This document shows, piece after piece, positions 38,287-47,453 of a DNA stretch of 64,000 nt. How positions within the stretch are numbered: the first letter of the stretch is position 1; every line of letters begins with the position of its first letter. The position numbers and the translations under genes were made by a program. A model generated the notes under the pieces. That model saw only the letters and a list, made by a program, of their open reading frames with translations, was not told the DNA's origin and did no database searches. Origin of the DNA: Verrucomicrobiales bacterium (GTDB lineage Bacteria; Actinomycetota; Acidimicrobiia; Acidimicrobiales; SHLQ01); NCBI GenBank assembly GCA_047638715.1, contig JBLIMK010000003.1:17161-81160 (forward strand), read 5' to 3'.

Positions 38287-38349
38287 CTACGCTGGACGGA
38301 TGGGACGAGCCTTCGACGCGATCAGCGGCCAAACGCGATCGTGTGTCAC

Positions 38350-39288
38350 GTGATCTTCGCTGTCGAGGCCTGGGATCCCGACTTTGGAACCGGCGGAGAT
38401 GCCGAGGCGCTCGACGCATCGACGGACGTGGTTCGCGCTGATGTGGAGGTGCCGCTCGAGCAATGGCGAGCAATCCGATCGTCGAGCCCACCGGCCCAGG
38501 GTGTTGTGTATTTCGTCGACGGGGTCAGACGGATCGACGCGCGAATTTGGGTGACCGATGGCGGCAGGGTTCTGCCCGGCTCGTGCGCGACGGTTGCAGC
38601 CGGAGCGGTGGCGTGCACCCCCGGCCGCGCAGAAGTCCGCGATGTTCAGGTTCTGCGCGCGGTGTTCACCCCGCCAGCGGAATCGGCGTCATCGATCGTC
38701 ACCGACGCCGGCGAATACGTTCATGTGGCGGTGAAGACCGGCTCACCCGAAGACCTGTACCTCGGCATTCATGAACAGATGACCGAACTCGAGACCCGAA
38801 CGATCCCTCTCGCGACCTCGGACGATCTGATCGTTTTCGATGGGCCGCTTCGAGGCCGCGCCGTGGAACGAGCGATCGGTTTGATCAAGACGCAGCACGT
38901 GCAATACCTCGACGAGCGCGAGCAGATCGTCGTCAGCGGCCTCGATGAGGGGGAACGTACGCCGTTGTTCGTCATTGGCACGAGTAGGTTTGCCCGTTGG
39001 AGTTGGTATCTCCGGCTTCCGGGTCCTCGGACGCACGGCTGGGCGGGCATCGTGCGATGCGAAATGGCGACCGGCACGCACTTGCCAGTTGGATATCCAG
39101 AGCAAGCAACCGAGCTGGCTGATCTTGTGAGTGCCACGTTGCCCAGGTACGCAAGCGAACCGCACAAGGAGAACCGCGCGCCACAGAACTTGTATCCAAT
39201 CAAGGGACTAGAGCAAGCGCTTCGGCGACGGCTTGGGGATCAACGGCTTTTGCAGCGAGCGCTTCTACGAGCGAGCGCCGAGGCCTAA
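38350..39288 (+). CDS. nurA: NurA-family 5'-3' nuclease
   Basis: FVDGVRRID, VFDGPL, IKT, GERTPLF, RAPQNLYPI..LE..LRRRLGD; last gene of the herA-sbcD-sbcC unit. Confidence 0.8.
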   Translation: MIFAVEAWDPDFGTGGDAEALDASTDVVRADVEVPLEQWRAIRSSSPPAQGVVYFVDGVRRIDARIWVTDGGRVLPGSCATVAAGAVACTPGRAEVRDVQVLRAVFTPPAESASSIVTDAGEYVHVAVKTGSPEDLYLGIHEQMTELETRTIPLATSDDLIVFDGPLRGRAVERAIGLIKTQHVQYLDEREQIVVSGLDEGERTPLFVIGTSRFARWSWYLRLPGPRTHGWAGIVRCEMATGTHLPVGYPEQATELADLVSATLPRYASEPHKENRAPQNLYPIKGLEQALRRRLGDQRLLQRALLRASAEA

Positions 39289-39314
39289 CGAAGTCCAGGA
39301 CGCCCACCGAACGC

Positions 39315-40640
39315 TCAGACTCGACGACAGGTCAGGTCTTCGCGCAGGAGTCCGTCGCGAGCAATCACGATGTAGTTGCCGTTGTCATGGCGAGTGTTGA
39401 GGTATTCAGCTGTAGGACTTCCGGCAAGCCATCGACCGTTTCGTCGGACGTTGTACTTGAACCCGTCACCCGGCGACGCCCACGTCAGCAGATCTCCCTG
39501 TGCCGTGGTCCGCACCGTGCAACCGGTGACGGGTTGTGGTGGTGGTGGGGTTGGAGCCGGCGGAGGCGGTGTAGGCACACCACCACGGTTTCGATCAAAG
39601 AACGGATCGGCCGCGATGCGCCGCGCTGCGTTCAGCGTTGACGTGCTGGAGTCGAGCCACCACGTGCACCCAGCAGTACCTGCTTTCACATCGTGGAAGT
39701 AGAAGACCGCGGCGAACTTGCTCGCGACCTCGGGACGCTTCAGAAACCGTCGGGCATCATCGAGCCATGCTGCCTTTTGGCCAGCGGAGCCCTCGTCGGA
39801 AGCAAACTCAGGGAGTACGAGTTGTTTCGTTGGATGCTGATTTGCGAACTCCATAAAGGGCGTCACAAGGCGCTCGAGTGAGGTCCACGTTTCTTTGTTG
39901 TTGCCGCGGCAGCGGTTCCAGTTATATGGATCGGCCCCGAGGTAATCGACGTACGGGTCGCCGGGGTACCACTTGCCGGCCGACCGGCGGTCGGCGGCGT
40001 TGACCTCGAAGCTCCAACTCGTCATCGTCCAAACCCATTTTACGTCTGCGCCTTGCTGTTCGAAGACCGTGTGGATCTTTCGCCATGCCGCCTTGAAATC
40101 AGCGTAGGTCCCGTACGACTGGCGGTCCTTCGCTTCTGGCTCATGGTGAAATGTCATCCACACCTCGCCGTTGAGGTTTTTCGTCCCACGTGCGAGGGTC
40201 ACCATCTCGTTGTGGATCTTCGACCCGGGTGCGGCGTTGGCGATGGAGCGCCAGGTCAACTCCTGACCGTTGCGACGTTTTGGTTTGACCGAGATCATCA
40301 ACCGGCGGTCGCCGTCGACGACCCAGTTGTTGAGTCGGTTGTCCATCTTGCTATCCCACTTTGAGAAGGAACGAATGATGGGGAGCTTGTCGCCAAGATC
40401 GGATTCGAGGCGCTGAATGGCGCCGATCTGGGACTCGCCTCCGCGAAGCTGAGCGAACGCACCGAAGAGTACGCCGTCGGCCTCGGCTGCTTCGGCCGAA
40501 TCGGACCCTCCGACAGCGGCGCTGGCCAAAAAGAGGGCGACAGCGACGGCGAGCCAGGCGATCATATGAATGAACCGAACGGTGGTGTGTTCACTCTCTG
40601 CGTGCTTTTCTGTCGATGTTTGATCGAAATTGGAGGACAT
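39315..40640 (-). CDS. Secreted GH26-like glycoside hydrolase with Pro-rich linker and small C-terminal beta domain
   Basis: Signal/TM segment, FHHEPE (acid/base), WYPGD..VDYLGADPYN, LPEFA (nucleophile). Confidence 0.8.
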   Translation of the reverse strand: MSSNFDQTSTEKHAESEHTTVRFIHMIAWLAVAVALFLASAAVGGSDSAEAAEADGVLFGAFAQLRGGESQIGAIQRLESDLGDKLPIIRSFSKWDSKMDNRLNNWVVDGDRRLMISVKPKRRNGQELTWRSIANAAPGSKIHNEMVTLARGTKNLNGEVWMTFHHEPEAKDRQSYGTYADFKAAWRKIHTVFEQQGADVKWVWTMTSWSFEVNAADRRSAGKWYPGDPYVDYLGADPYNWNRCRGNNKETWTSLERLVTPFMEFANQHPTKQLVLPEFASDEGSAGQKAAWLDDARRFLKRPEVASKFAAVFYFHDVKAGTAGCTWWLDSSTSTLNAARRIAADPFFDRNRGGVPTPPPPAPTPPPPQPVTGCTVRTTAQGDLLTWASPGDGFKYNVRRNGRWLAGSPTAEYLNTRHDNGNYIVIARDGLLREDLTCRRV

Positions 40641-40754
40641 ATTGTCGTCTTATCACCATTTGATGATTTTTGTAATCTAATTGTCATGTTCGTCATAATT
40701 CCGCAGCCTGATGTCACCAGTCGCACAACTACCCAACACCGCTAGCGTGGATAG

Positions 40755-43727
40755 GTGGTTCGCTCACCCTTCCCCCCCGGGTCCCTCCATGCGACGTGGC
40801 TTGGCGACAGCTTCGGTCTATGGATCGACCATCCCGATGCAAGCTCTCGCGACATGCACAACGTCGCGATTGGAATCCTTGGACCGGACCTTCGGCCCAG
40901 CCTCGATGAGCGAACGGCCCGGCACTCCTTGTACCCGGGCCTCCTCCAGCCGCCAGTCGAAGCAATCGATGTCGTCGCCATCGAGCCGAAGCCGCTCGTC
41001 GATCTGCTCATTCGTCGATCGGGCGGTGCGTCGTGGTCTCCCTCCCTCGCCTGGATCCACCAAGCAACACAATCGGCGATCGACATCGCGTCGAGTGGCC
41101 GGGTCGTCCCGGCGCTGCGAACCGCCGGACTCCGATGGCGAGCCGACTGGAACCCTCTCAAAGATGCGACGGTCGACGATGTGGTCTCGGCCCTCACGGC
41201 GGTGTGTCCTCCCGTAGTTCTCGCTGCATCGGATAAGCCAGCGAACAATCAGGTGAGTGGAATCCTCAACACGCTCATCGATGCGGTCTGCCGGGTCGCC
41301 CTCATCGAGGAGGATTGGCGTCCCCCACTCCCGAGGACTCGGGCGAGCAACGTGGTCGCGCTTCGCCGCATTACGACCGCCTTGTCAAGAGCCGACGCGG
41401 TCTTCGTCGCCGACTCGGTGGCTCACGAATCTGCGTTCGCCGAGTGGTCGACCCAACTGAGCGAATTCGCCAGCGTCATCGTCGGCGCACCGGAGGTAGT
41501 GCTCCAAGGTCGCCTCGAGCCACCGGCCGAAGATATGGGCGGGTCCTGGTCGCTCCAGCTAGAAATCGTGCACCCCTCGGGTAAGACGCTCGGATTCAAC
41601 GATGTCTGGCAGGCATCGGGGGCAGCGTTGGAACTGGCCGAAGAAGAAAGCCTCGCTCCGCTACGCACCCGTATGCGCGAGCTCATCGACCGGTTGGCAT
41701 CCCAACTCGCATCATTCGCGCCGCTCGCCGACGAACCTGAGCCAGCGGAGTTGTTGTTGCACGTCGACGAAGTATCGGACCTCCTCACAGACGGTCTCGA
41801 AGCATGTCGTCTCGCCGGCCTCCCGATCGTCACCCCAACAGGTCTCCTCGCCCGATCGGCTCGGCTCACCGCCCGCGCCTCTTCCAGCTCTGGCTTCGGA
41901 GGCTCGTGGGGTCTCGGCGCGGCCGTAATAAACGTCGACTGGGGATTGGCGCTCGGCGACATTTCCTTGACCCAGGAAGAGATTGAAGCACTCGCTCGGT
42001 CGAACGCCGATCTTGTTGCGCTCCGCGGCTCGTGGGTACAGATCGACCATCATCAGATGCGCGCCGCCCTCAACCGGCTCGACACACAACGCCGAGATTC
42101 AAGCGAACTCAGCCCCGCCGAGCTCCTCCGACAGACGATCTCCGAGCTCGAGCAAGACGAAGACAACGATCTAACCGCCGAAGGATGGATCAAAGAACTG
42201 CTGGAAGGTCTTCCTGAAGACCAGCTCACCGAAGCCCTCGAACCACCTGGGTTCATCGGCGAGCTAAGGCCCTACCAACGACGAGCTCTCGGGTGGCTCC
42301 AGTTTCTTGGGCGCCTAGGTCTCGGTGGTTGCCTCGCCGACGACATGGGCCTCGGAAAAACGCCGACCGCCCTCGCCTACCTCCTTGGCCGCAAACTCGA
42401 CCGGGTTACCAACGACCTCCCTCGGCTGCCGCATCTTGTGATCTGTCCGTTGTCGGTCGTAACCAACTGGGAGGCCGAAGCAGAACGTTTCACCCCCGAG
42501 CTCTCGGTCATGATCGCCCACGGCCCAGATCGGCTCCGCGGGCCCCGATTGGTTCGCGCTGCCGCAGAACACGACATCATCATCACCACCTATGGAACCG
42601 CAAGCCGCATAGCAGACGAGCTCGACCCGATTCAGTGGGATGTTGTGGTCTGCGATGAGGCACAGGCCATCAAGAACCATCGGACAAACGCGGCGATCAG
42701 CATTCGAAGTCTGCGGTCGACACAGCGAATTGCACTCACGGGGACCCCGGTCGAGAACCGACTGACCGAACTTTGGGCGATTCTCGATGCACTCAACCCA
42801 GGAATGTTGGGCGGCATCACCTGGTTTCGGGAGACGTTCTCGAATCCGATCGAGAGCGGTGACGGAGCAGACGCGCTCGAATCGCTTCGCCGCCTGACCG
42901 CTCCGTTCGTGTTGCGGCGCACAAAACTCGATCGATCGCTCGTGCCCGATCTTCCAGACAAGATCGAGCAGGTGGCGTGGGCGCCACTCACGCCCGAACA
43001 GGCCGGTTTGTATCAAGCGGTGGTCGACGACTTTCTTACCAATGCCTCAGCCTCAACGGGCATGGAGCGTCGAGGTCTCGTCCTCGCAACCCTCACAAAG
43101 CTCAAGCAGGTATGTAATCACCCCGCACACTTCCTTCGCGACGACACGGTCGGCGAGGCGAACCGTTCCGGAAAGCTCGAACGGTTCGACGAACTGCTCG
43201 AGACCATGCTCGAGTCCGGGGAACGGGCCTTGGTGTTCACGCAGTATCGCGAGATGGGCAAGCTGTTGGCCCACCACGTCGAGAGCCGCTTTGGATTCCC
43301 GGCCCCGTTCCTTCACGGTGGAACGACTCGGACGCAACGAAAGAACATGGTCGATGCCTTCCAAGCCCCGGATGGAGCACCGGTCCAGCTGATATCGCTA
43401 CGCGCTGGCGGCACGGGCTTGAATCTGACCGCCGCGAGCAGGGTCATCCACTACGACCGTTGGTGGAACCCAGCGGTCGAGGATCAGGCCACAGACCGGT
43501 CCTGGCGTATTGGCCAGGACAAAACGGTTTTCGTTCACAAACTTGTGTGCCGAGGGACCCTCGAGCAGCGAATCGACACGCTTCTCACCGAGAAACGTGC
43601 ACTGGCGAACGCCGTCGTCGGGACGGACGAGTCATGGTTGACCGAGCTCTCCACGGATGAACTTCGCGAGCTACTTCGACTCGATCCGTCGGCGCACACA
43701 GCCACGTCCGAGTGGGAGCAAGAATGA
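40755..43727 (+). CDS. SNF2-family helicase (copy 2, HelZ/Rv2101-like)
   Basis: LADDMGLGKT, CDEAQAIKN, LTGTPVENRL, LKQVCNHP, RWWNPAVEDQATDR. Confidence 0.93.
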   Translation: MVRSPFPPGSLHATWLGDSFGLWIDHPDASSRDMHNVAIGILGPDLRPSLDERTARHSLYPGLLQPPVEAIDVVAIEPKPLVDLLIRRSGGASWSPSLAWIHQATQSAIDIASSGRVVPALRTAGLRWRADWNPLKDATVDDVVSALTAVCPPVVLAASDKPANNQVSGILNTLIDAVCRVALIEEDWRPPLPRTRASNVVALRRITTALSRADAVFVADSVAHESAFAEWSTQLSEFASVIVGAPEVVLQGRLEPPAEDMGGSWSLQLEIVHPSGKTLGFNDVWQASGAALELAEEESLAPLRTRMRELIDRLASQLASFAPLADEPEPAELLLHVDEVSDLLTDGLEACRLAGLPIVTPTGLLARSARLTARASSSSGFGGSWGLGAAVINVDWGLALGDISLTQEEIEALARSNADLVALRGSWVQIDHHQMRAALNRLDTQRRDSSELSPAELLRQTISELEQDEDNDLTAEGWIKELLEGLPEDQLTEALEPPGFIGELRPYQRRALGWLQFLGRLGLGGCLADDMGLGKTPTALAYLLGRKLDRVTNDLPRLPHLVICPLSVVTNWEAEAERFTPELSVMIAHGPDRLRGPRLVRAAAEHDIIITTYGTASRIADELDPIQWDVVVCDEAQAIKNHRTNAAISIRSLRSTQRIALTGTPVENRLTELWAILDALNPGMLGGITWFRETFSNPIESGDGADALESLRRLTAPFVLRRTKLDRSLVPDLPDKIEQVAWAPLTPEQAGLYQAVVDDFLTNASASTGMERRGLVLATLTKLKQVCNHPAHFLRDDTVGEANRSGKLERFDELLETMLESGERALVFTQYREMGKLLAHHVESRFGFPAPFLHGGTTRTQRKNMVDAFQAPDGAPVQLISLRAGGTGLNLTAASRVIHYDRWWNPAVEDQATDRSWRIGQDKTVFVHKLVCRGTLEQRIDTLLTEKRALANAVVGTDESWLTELSTDELRELLRLDPSAHTATSEWEQE

Positions 43728-44311
43728 GGCGGCCACTTCGATCCGACGAAGCGCGAGCTATCGCGAACATTGCCATCGATCTCGGTGATCCGGGCCGAAT
43801 GGCCAAGGCGCGTCGCGTACACCGATCAAACGGTGTGGGCGAGGTCGACATTTCTGGCGGTATCGCGGAAGCAACGGTGACCGATGCTGATGGTGAACTG
43901 CACGACGTCCAAGTCACGATTGAATTTCCCCCGGTCAATGGACCCATCCCCGCGTCCAGCGATCTACGAACGAGTTGTGTATGCGACGACCAAGGCGACA
44001 CCTGCACCCATGCGTTAGCAGCGCTGCTCGGCATTGCTGAGGCCGTCGAGGCCAACGGCCGACTGCTCGACCTCTGGACGGGAAGTTCTGCTCCAACGAC
44101 ACCGGTCGGTCCGTACTCGTCACCTTCAGACGATCAGCAGGCATTCTTCGAAGGTGCGTGGTCCGCGTCGATCGCGATACCAAAACTCGTCCCGATCCGA
44201 TTCGACCAGGCCCCTGCACTCGTCGTCGATGAAGTCGATGCAGGCCCTGTAGTCATCGATGCGATCGCGGCAATCGGGTCTGGGCTCAGGCAATACCGAG
44301 CTCAGCAATAA
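43724..44311 (+). CDS. SWIM zinc-finger protein coupled to SNF2 copy 2
   Basis: GRMAKARR, CVCDDQGDTCTHALAALL (CxC-x5-CxH); ATGA overlap. Confidence 0.85.
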   Translation: MRRPLRSDEARAIANIAIDLGDPGRMAKARRVHRSNGVGEVDISGGIAEATVTDADGELHDVQVTIEFPPVNGPIPASSDLRTSCVCDDQGDTCTHALAALLGIAEAVEANGRLLDLWTGSSAPTTPVGPYSSPSDDQQAFFEGAWSASIAIPKLVPIRFDQAPALVVDEVDAGPVVIDAIAAIGSGLRQYRAQQ

Positions 44312-44615
44312 CGCCCTCGACGACGAGGCCATCCTCGCCTGGATAGACGAGCAACGTTTGCTCACCCTCATAGATCAGCTCAGATCGAACACCGCGCAAG
44401 AGCAGCCGGTCTCGAACTCTCACCGCATCCGCGCCGCTGTTGAACGTGCTGCTAGCGCCATCGCGCGAATTACGCAGCCGCGTGGCGCGCTCGAGACGTG
44501 CCGTTTCTGCATCATGTCGCGATCGTGCATTGATACGTCGGTGAATCGTCGGGGCGACGAGCAACACGACGAAGCCCGTTCCGATGAGCCCAACAATCAC
44601 CATCCATGGCGCCAT
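44286..44615 (-). CDS. Small membrane-anchored hypothetical protein
   Basis: N-terminal TM helix then a ferredoxin-like segment (F.SG.DA.RVRDRLLLRGVRSEL). Confidence 0.65.
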   Translation of the reverse strand: MAPWMVIVGLIGTGFVVLLVAPTIHRRINARSRHDAETARLERATRLRNSRDGASSTFNSGADAVRVRDRLLLRGVRSELIYEGEQTLLVYPGEDGLVVEGVIAELGIA

Positions 44616-44632
44616 GAATCAGTCCGGCGAGG

Positions 44633-45502
44633 TCAGGGGGTAGACGTGTGATCGTCTGCGCTGGCCATTCGCGCGACGTCGTTGGCCTGCCACAACGCGC
44701 TTCGGAGTATCTCACGGTCGCGAAGCTGTTCGTCCGTAATGAAGATCCGCACAACCTGTGGGCCGAGTGCCTCTTCATGCTGCACGTAGATCTCGTGAAG
44801 TCGTAGTCGCTGATCCTCGGACAACAGATGCACCGGGAGTCGTAGGCCCGCCATTCCGGCCGTCTCTGCGTAGGAGCACAACCCAACGAGCGAATCTCGC
44901 GCGAGCGTCCCGGATGGATGGACCGGGTCGCTGGCGAGGTGAGCGAGTAAGTCGAGGGTGCGGGGCAAAGCGACTCCGCGACTTTTCTCCTCGCTCGCTA
45001 GCCGGCCGGGCGCAGTTGGACGCACCGCTGCATCGAGGGCTGGAACCACTCGAAACTCGTGGGCCAAGGCAATGAGGTTCCTCTCGGAATCCACGGCCGA
45101 GAACATTCCCTGGTGGGAGTCGTACCCGGTCTGGCACAGTTCGACCAGTTCGATCTTCGCCAGTTCGTCGCCTTCGGTGAGACGAGCACGTAGCACCCGA
45201 ATCAGGTGGGCCAGGTTGTGCCCATCCCCCTGTTGTTCGAGGATCCAGCGAAGTTGGTTGTCGAGTCGTTGAGGCAAGACCCGATCGGCGAACAGTGAGA
45301 TTTCACAAACCTCTGTCGCGACCTGCACGCAGTAGTCGACGAGGCCCACCACATCATCTCTGGGATCCTCATCGATCAGATAGTCGTAGAAAACATCGGT
45401 GACCTGCGAGGCGAATTGGTCGGGCGTCATAGCGTCGGTCCGACAGCGGTCACGGATTGCTTCGACCGCTTCGATTGTTTCCACATACCTCGGCGATCCC
45501 AT
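44633..45502 (-). CDS. Hypothetical helical protein
   Basis: Long ORF with typical codon usage; no recognisable motif. Confidence 0.75.
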   Translation of the reverse strand: MGSPRYVETIEAVEAIRDRCRTDAMTPDQFASQVTDVFYDYLIDEDPRDDVVGLVDYCVQVATEVCEISLFADRVLPQRLDNQLRWILEQQGDGHNLAHLIRVLRARLTEGDELAKIELVELCQTGYDSHQGMFSAVDSERNLIALAHEFRVVPALDAAVRPTAPGRLASEEKSRGVALPRTLDLLAHLASDPVHPSGTLARDSLVGLCSYAETAGMAGLRLPVHLLSEDQRLRLHEIYVQHEEALGPQVVRIFITDEQLRDREILRSALWQANDVARMASADDHTSTP

Positions 45503-45558
45503 CGAGGGACATTCTTGTCGCATGATGGCGCGGAGTCGTGGACCAACCTGTTGCTCTT

Positions 45559-45589
45559 CGTCACATCCCCGTCACATCCTCGTCACATC
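45559..45589. promoter_or_regulatory. Three 11-bp-phased CGTCACATC direct repeats (GlnR/MtrA-type box)
   Basis: GTCAC-N6-GTCAC-N6-GTCAC just upstream of the 44633-45502 gene. Confidence 0.6.
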
Positions 45590-45874
45590 GACCAGAAACC
45601 GGGCCGGACTCGATCGAGTTGCAGAAACTCGAGACTTTCATCCATTTGGCGAAGATTCGACGAAGTTCCGGTCGCAAAACACGACAACGAAAATCTCCCT
45701 GTGTTAGGGTTCTCTCATCACGTTCGCTCCGGGTCTTTCCCGGGGCGATTTCTCGTTTTGGGCCGACGTTCGAATGTGTTGATGATTCCTATGTCGCGTC
45801 AGAACGAGGCTCGAAGGATCCCCGGCTCGGGCGCACGGCGGAGCGACCGCTGCAGTTCACCGCCTGCCAAGAAC

Positions 45875-47341
45875 TCAGCTGCGCCCGAAGAAGGAATCGA
45901 ATCCGTGGACGATTGGATGTGGCGAAGACGCGGGAAGTTGTGCCCCGTTCGGCACGAACATCGCGGTCGACATGTTGAGGGACCGAGCCATGTCGAGGTC
46001 ATCGATCTGATCATCGATCAGAAGGCTGTCAGTGTATTCGACGCTCGTCATTCGGCGAAGGGCTTCGAAGAAAGCCGCATCAGGCTTTCGACTTCCGATC
46101 TCGCCTGAGACCACCCAAATATCAACTCGTTCGTCCAAATCGAACCGTTTCCGAATGGCCTTGGACCAACCGAGGACATTGTTGGTGATGACCGCCACAC
46201 GCAGCCCCCGCTCGTGAAGACGGTCGATGAAGTCGAGCACGCCTTCGCGAAGTCGAAATTCTGCGGTGTACAGCGCGTCGAGTTCAGCGGGATCATCCGT
46301 GAGCCCAAGATCCGTCCACAGTTCTGCGGTGGACAAACGGCCGAGGCTCGCTGAACGGAAGGCGTCGTTGATCTCCTGCAACGATGCCTTACTGCCACGT
46401 TCACGAACAAAGGGCACAAGGCGGGCACCAATATCATTCGCCTCGTCGTACAACACGCCGCGAGCGTCGAGCACAACGAGTTCCAGGCGCGGCGGTCGCT
46501 CGCGGGGAGCGGTGACCGCCGATGATTCTGACGGCGCCTTGTCTGGTCGACGCATTTGCACGACCTCTTCGCCGAGATCGTCGGTGCGTCGTCCACCGAA
46601 TCGCGCGAGGACACGGAAGATCAGCAAGGTGCCAAGAAGTGCGATGGCCACGAGGGCGACAGCCGCCCAGATTCGAGGCAACCGGTCCTCGATGCTGGAA
46701 CTCACCTCGATATCGGTCGCCAGGGGATCCCGAGGACTGAGCTGCCAGCTCGCGACCGTTCCTTCGACGTCGGCGGTGTTTGCTAGCACCGTGTCGGGCA
46801 ACGTGATCGAAAACTCGAGTGTGACCGTTTCTTCCAACGGTCGCCCCGCTGCGGCTTGCAGCTCGGCTAAAGACAGACCGAGCGGAGCGCCGACGAGACC
46901 TGCAATATTGTCGTCTCCGAACGTCGTGAAGCTGATTCGCGGATTGATCTTGCCAGTGACGTTGTATGTAGTTCGAGCAAAGGAGCGAGTGCGTTCGACC
47001 GTGAAGTCGGAGAACAATGTGCCCGGACCCGCGATTTCGTCGAGAACACCGCCCAGATCGTCTGGCGAGGCAAATGGCTTCGTTGCACTCACCACGACGG
47101 CGTTCCCGCCCTCTGTCCGCCGTGGGCCGTCGACGGTCCATCCCGCAGATGCGAGGTCTTCGGTGCGCAAACCATCGAGCAGCTCTGGGGCCGCCTCGAC
47201 AATTTCATCGTCGAATGCAGCCATGAGCGTCACCGTGCCCGACCCATCCTCGGTGACGTCGACGTCGACGACGACGTCAACCTGACATGCGCTCAATACG
47301 AGCGCGGCAAAGAAAACAAGCAGAAGTCGGACAGGCCTCAC
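45875..47341 (-). CDS. LppM-like lipoprotein domain + TM helix + cytoplasmic HAD hydrolase fusion
   Basis: Lipobox LSAC, DVDVTEDGSGTV, TM IWAAVALVAIALLGTLLIF, then LVVLDARGVLY, VITNN, RKPDAAFF, LIDD. Confidence 0.82.
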   Translation of the reverse strand: MRPVRLLLVFFAALVLSACQVDVVVDVDVTEDGSGTVTLMAAFDDEIVEAAPELLDGLRTEDLASAGWTVDGPRRTEGGNAVVVSATKPFASPDDLGGVLDEIAGPGTLFSDFTVERTRSFARTTYNVTGKINPRISFTTFGDDNIAGLVGAPLGLSLAELQAAAGRPLEETVTLEFSITLPDTVLANTADVEGTVASWQLSPRDPLATDIEVSSSIEDRLPRIWAAVALVAIALLGTLLIFRVLARFGGRRTDDLGEEVVQMRRPDKAPSESSAVTAPRERPPRLELVVLDARGVLYDEANDIGARLVPFVRERGSKASLQEINDAFRSASLGRLSTAELWTDLGLTDDPAELDALYTAEFRLREGVLDFIDRLHERGLRVAVITNNVLGWSKAIRKRFDLDERVDIWVVSGEIGSRKPDAAFFEALRRMTSVEYTDSLLIDDQIDDLDMARSLNMSTAMFVPNGAQLPASSPHPIVHGFDSFFGRS

Positions 47342-47453
47342 GGCGCACCAACCTAGGCGTTACGCAAGAAAACTGGAAAACGCGGCGCTGATCTTCAGAC
47401 GTGCGACGTTCGGCGAAGCCGAACTAGAGTTGAATCGAGCCGTCAGGCGAGAT

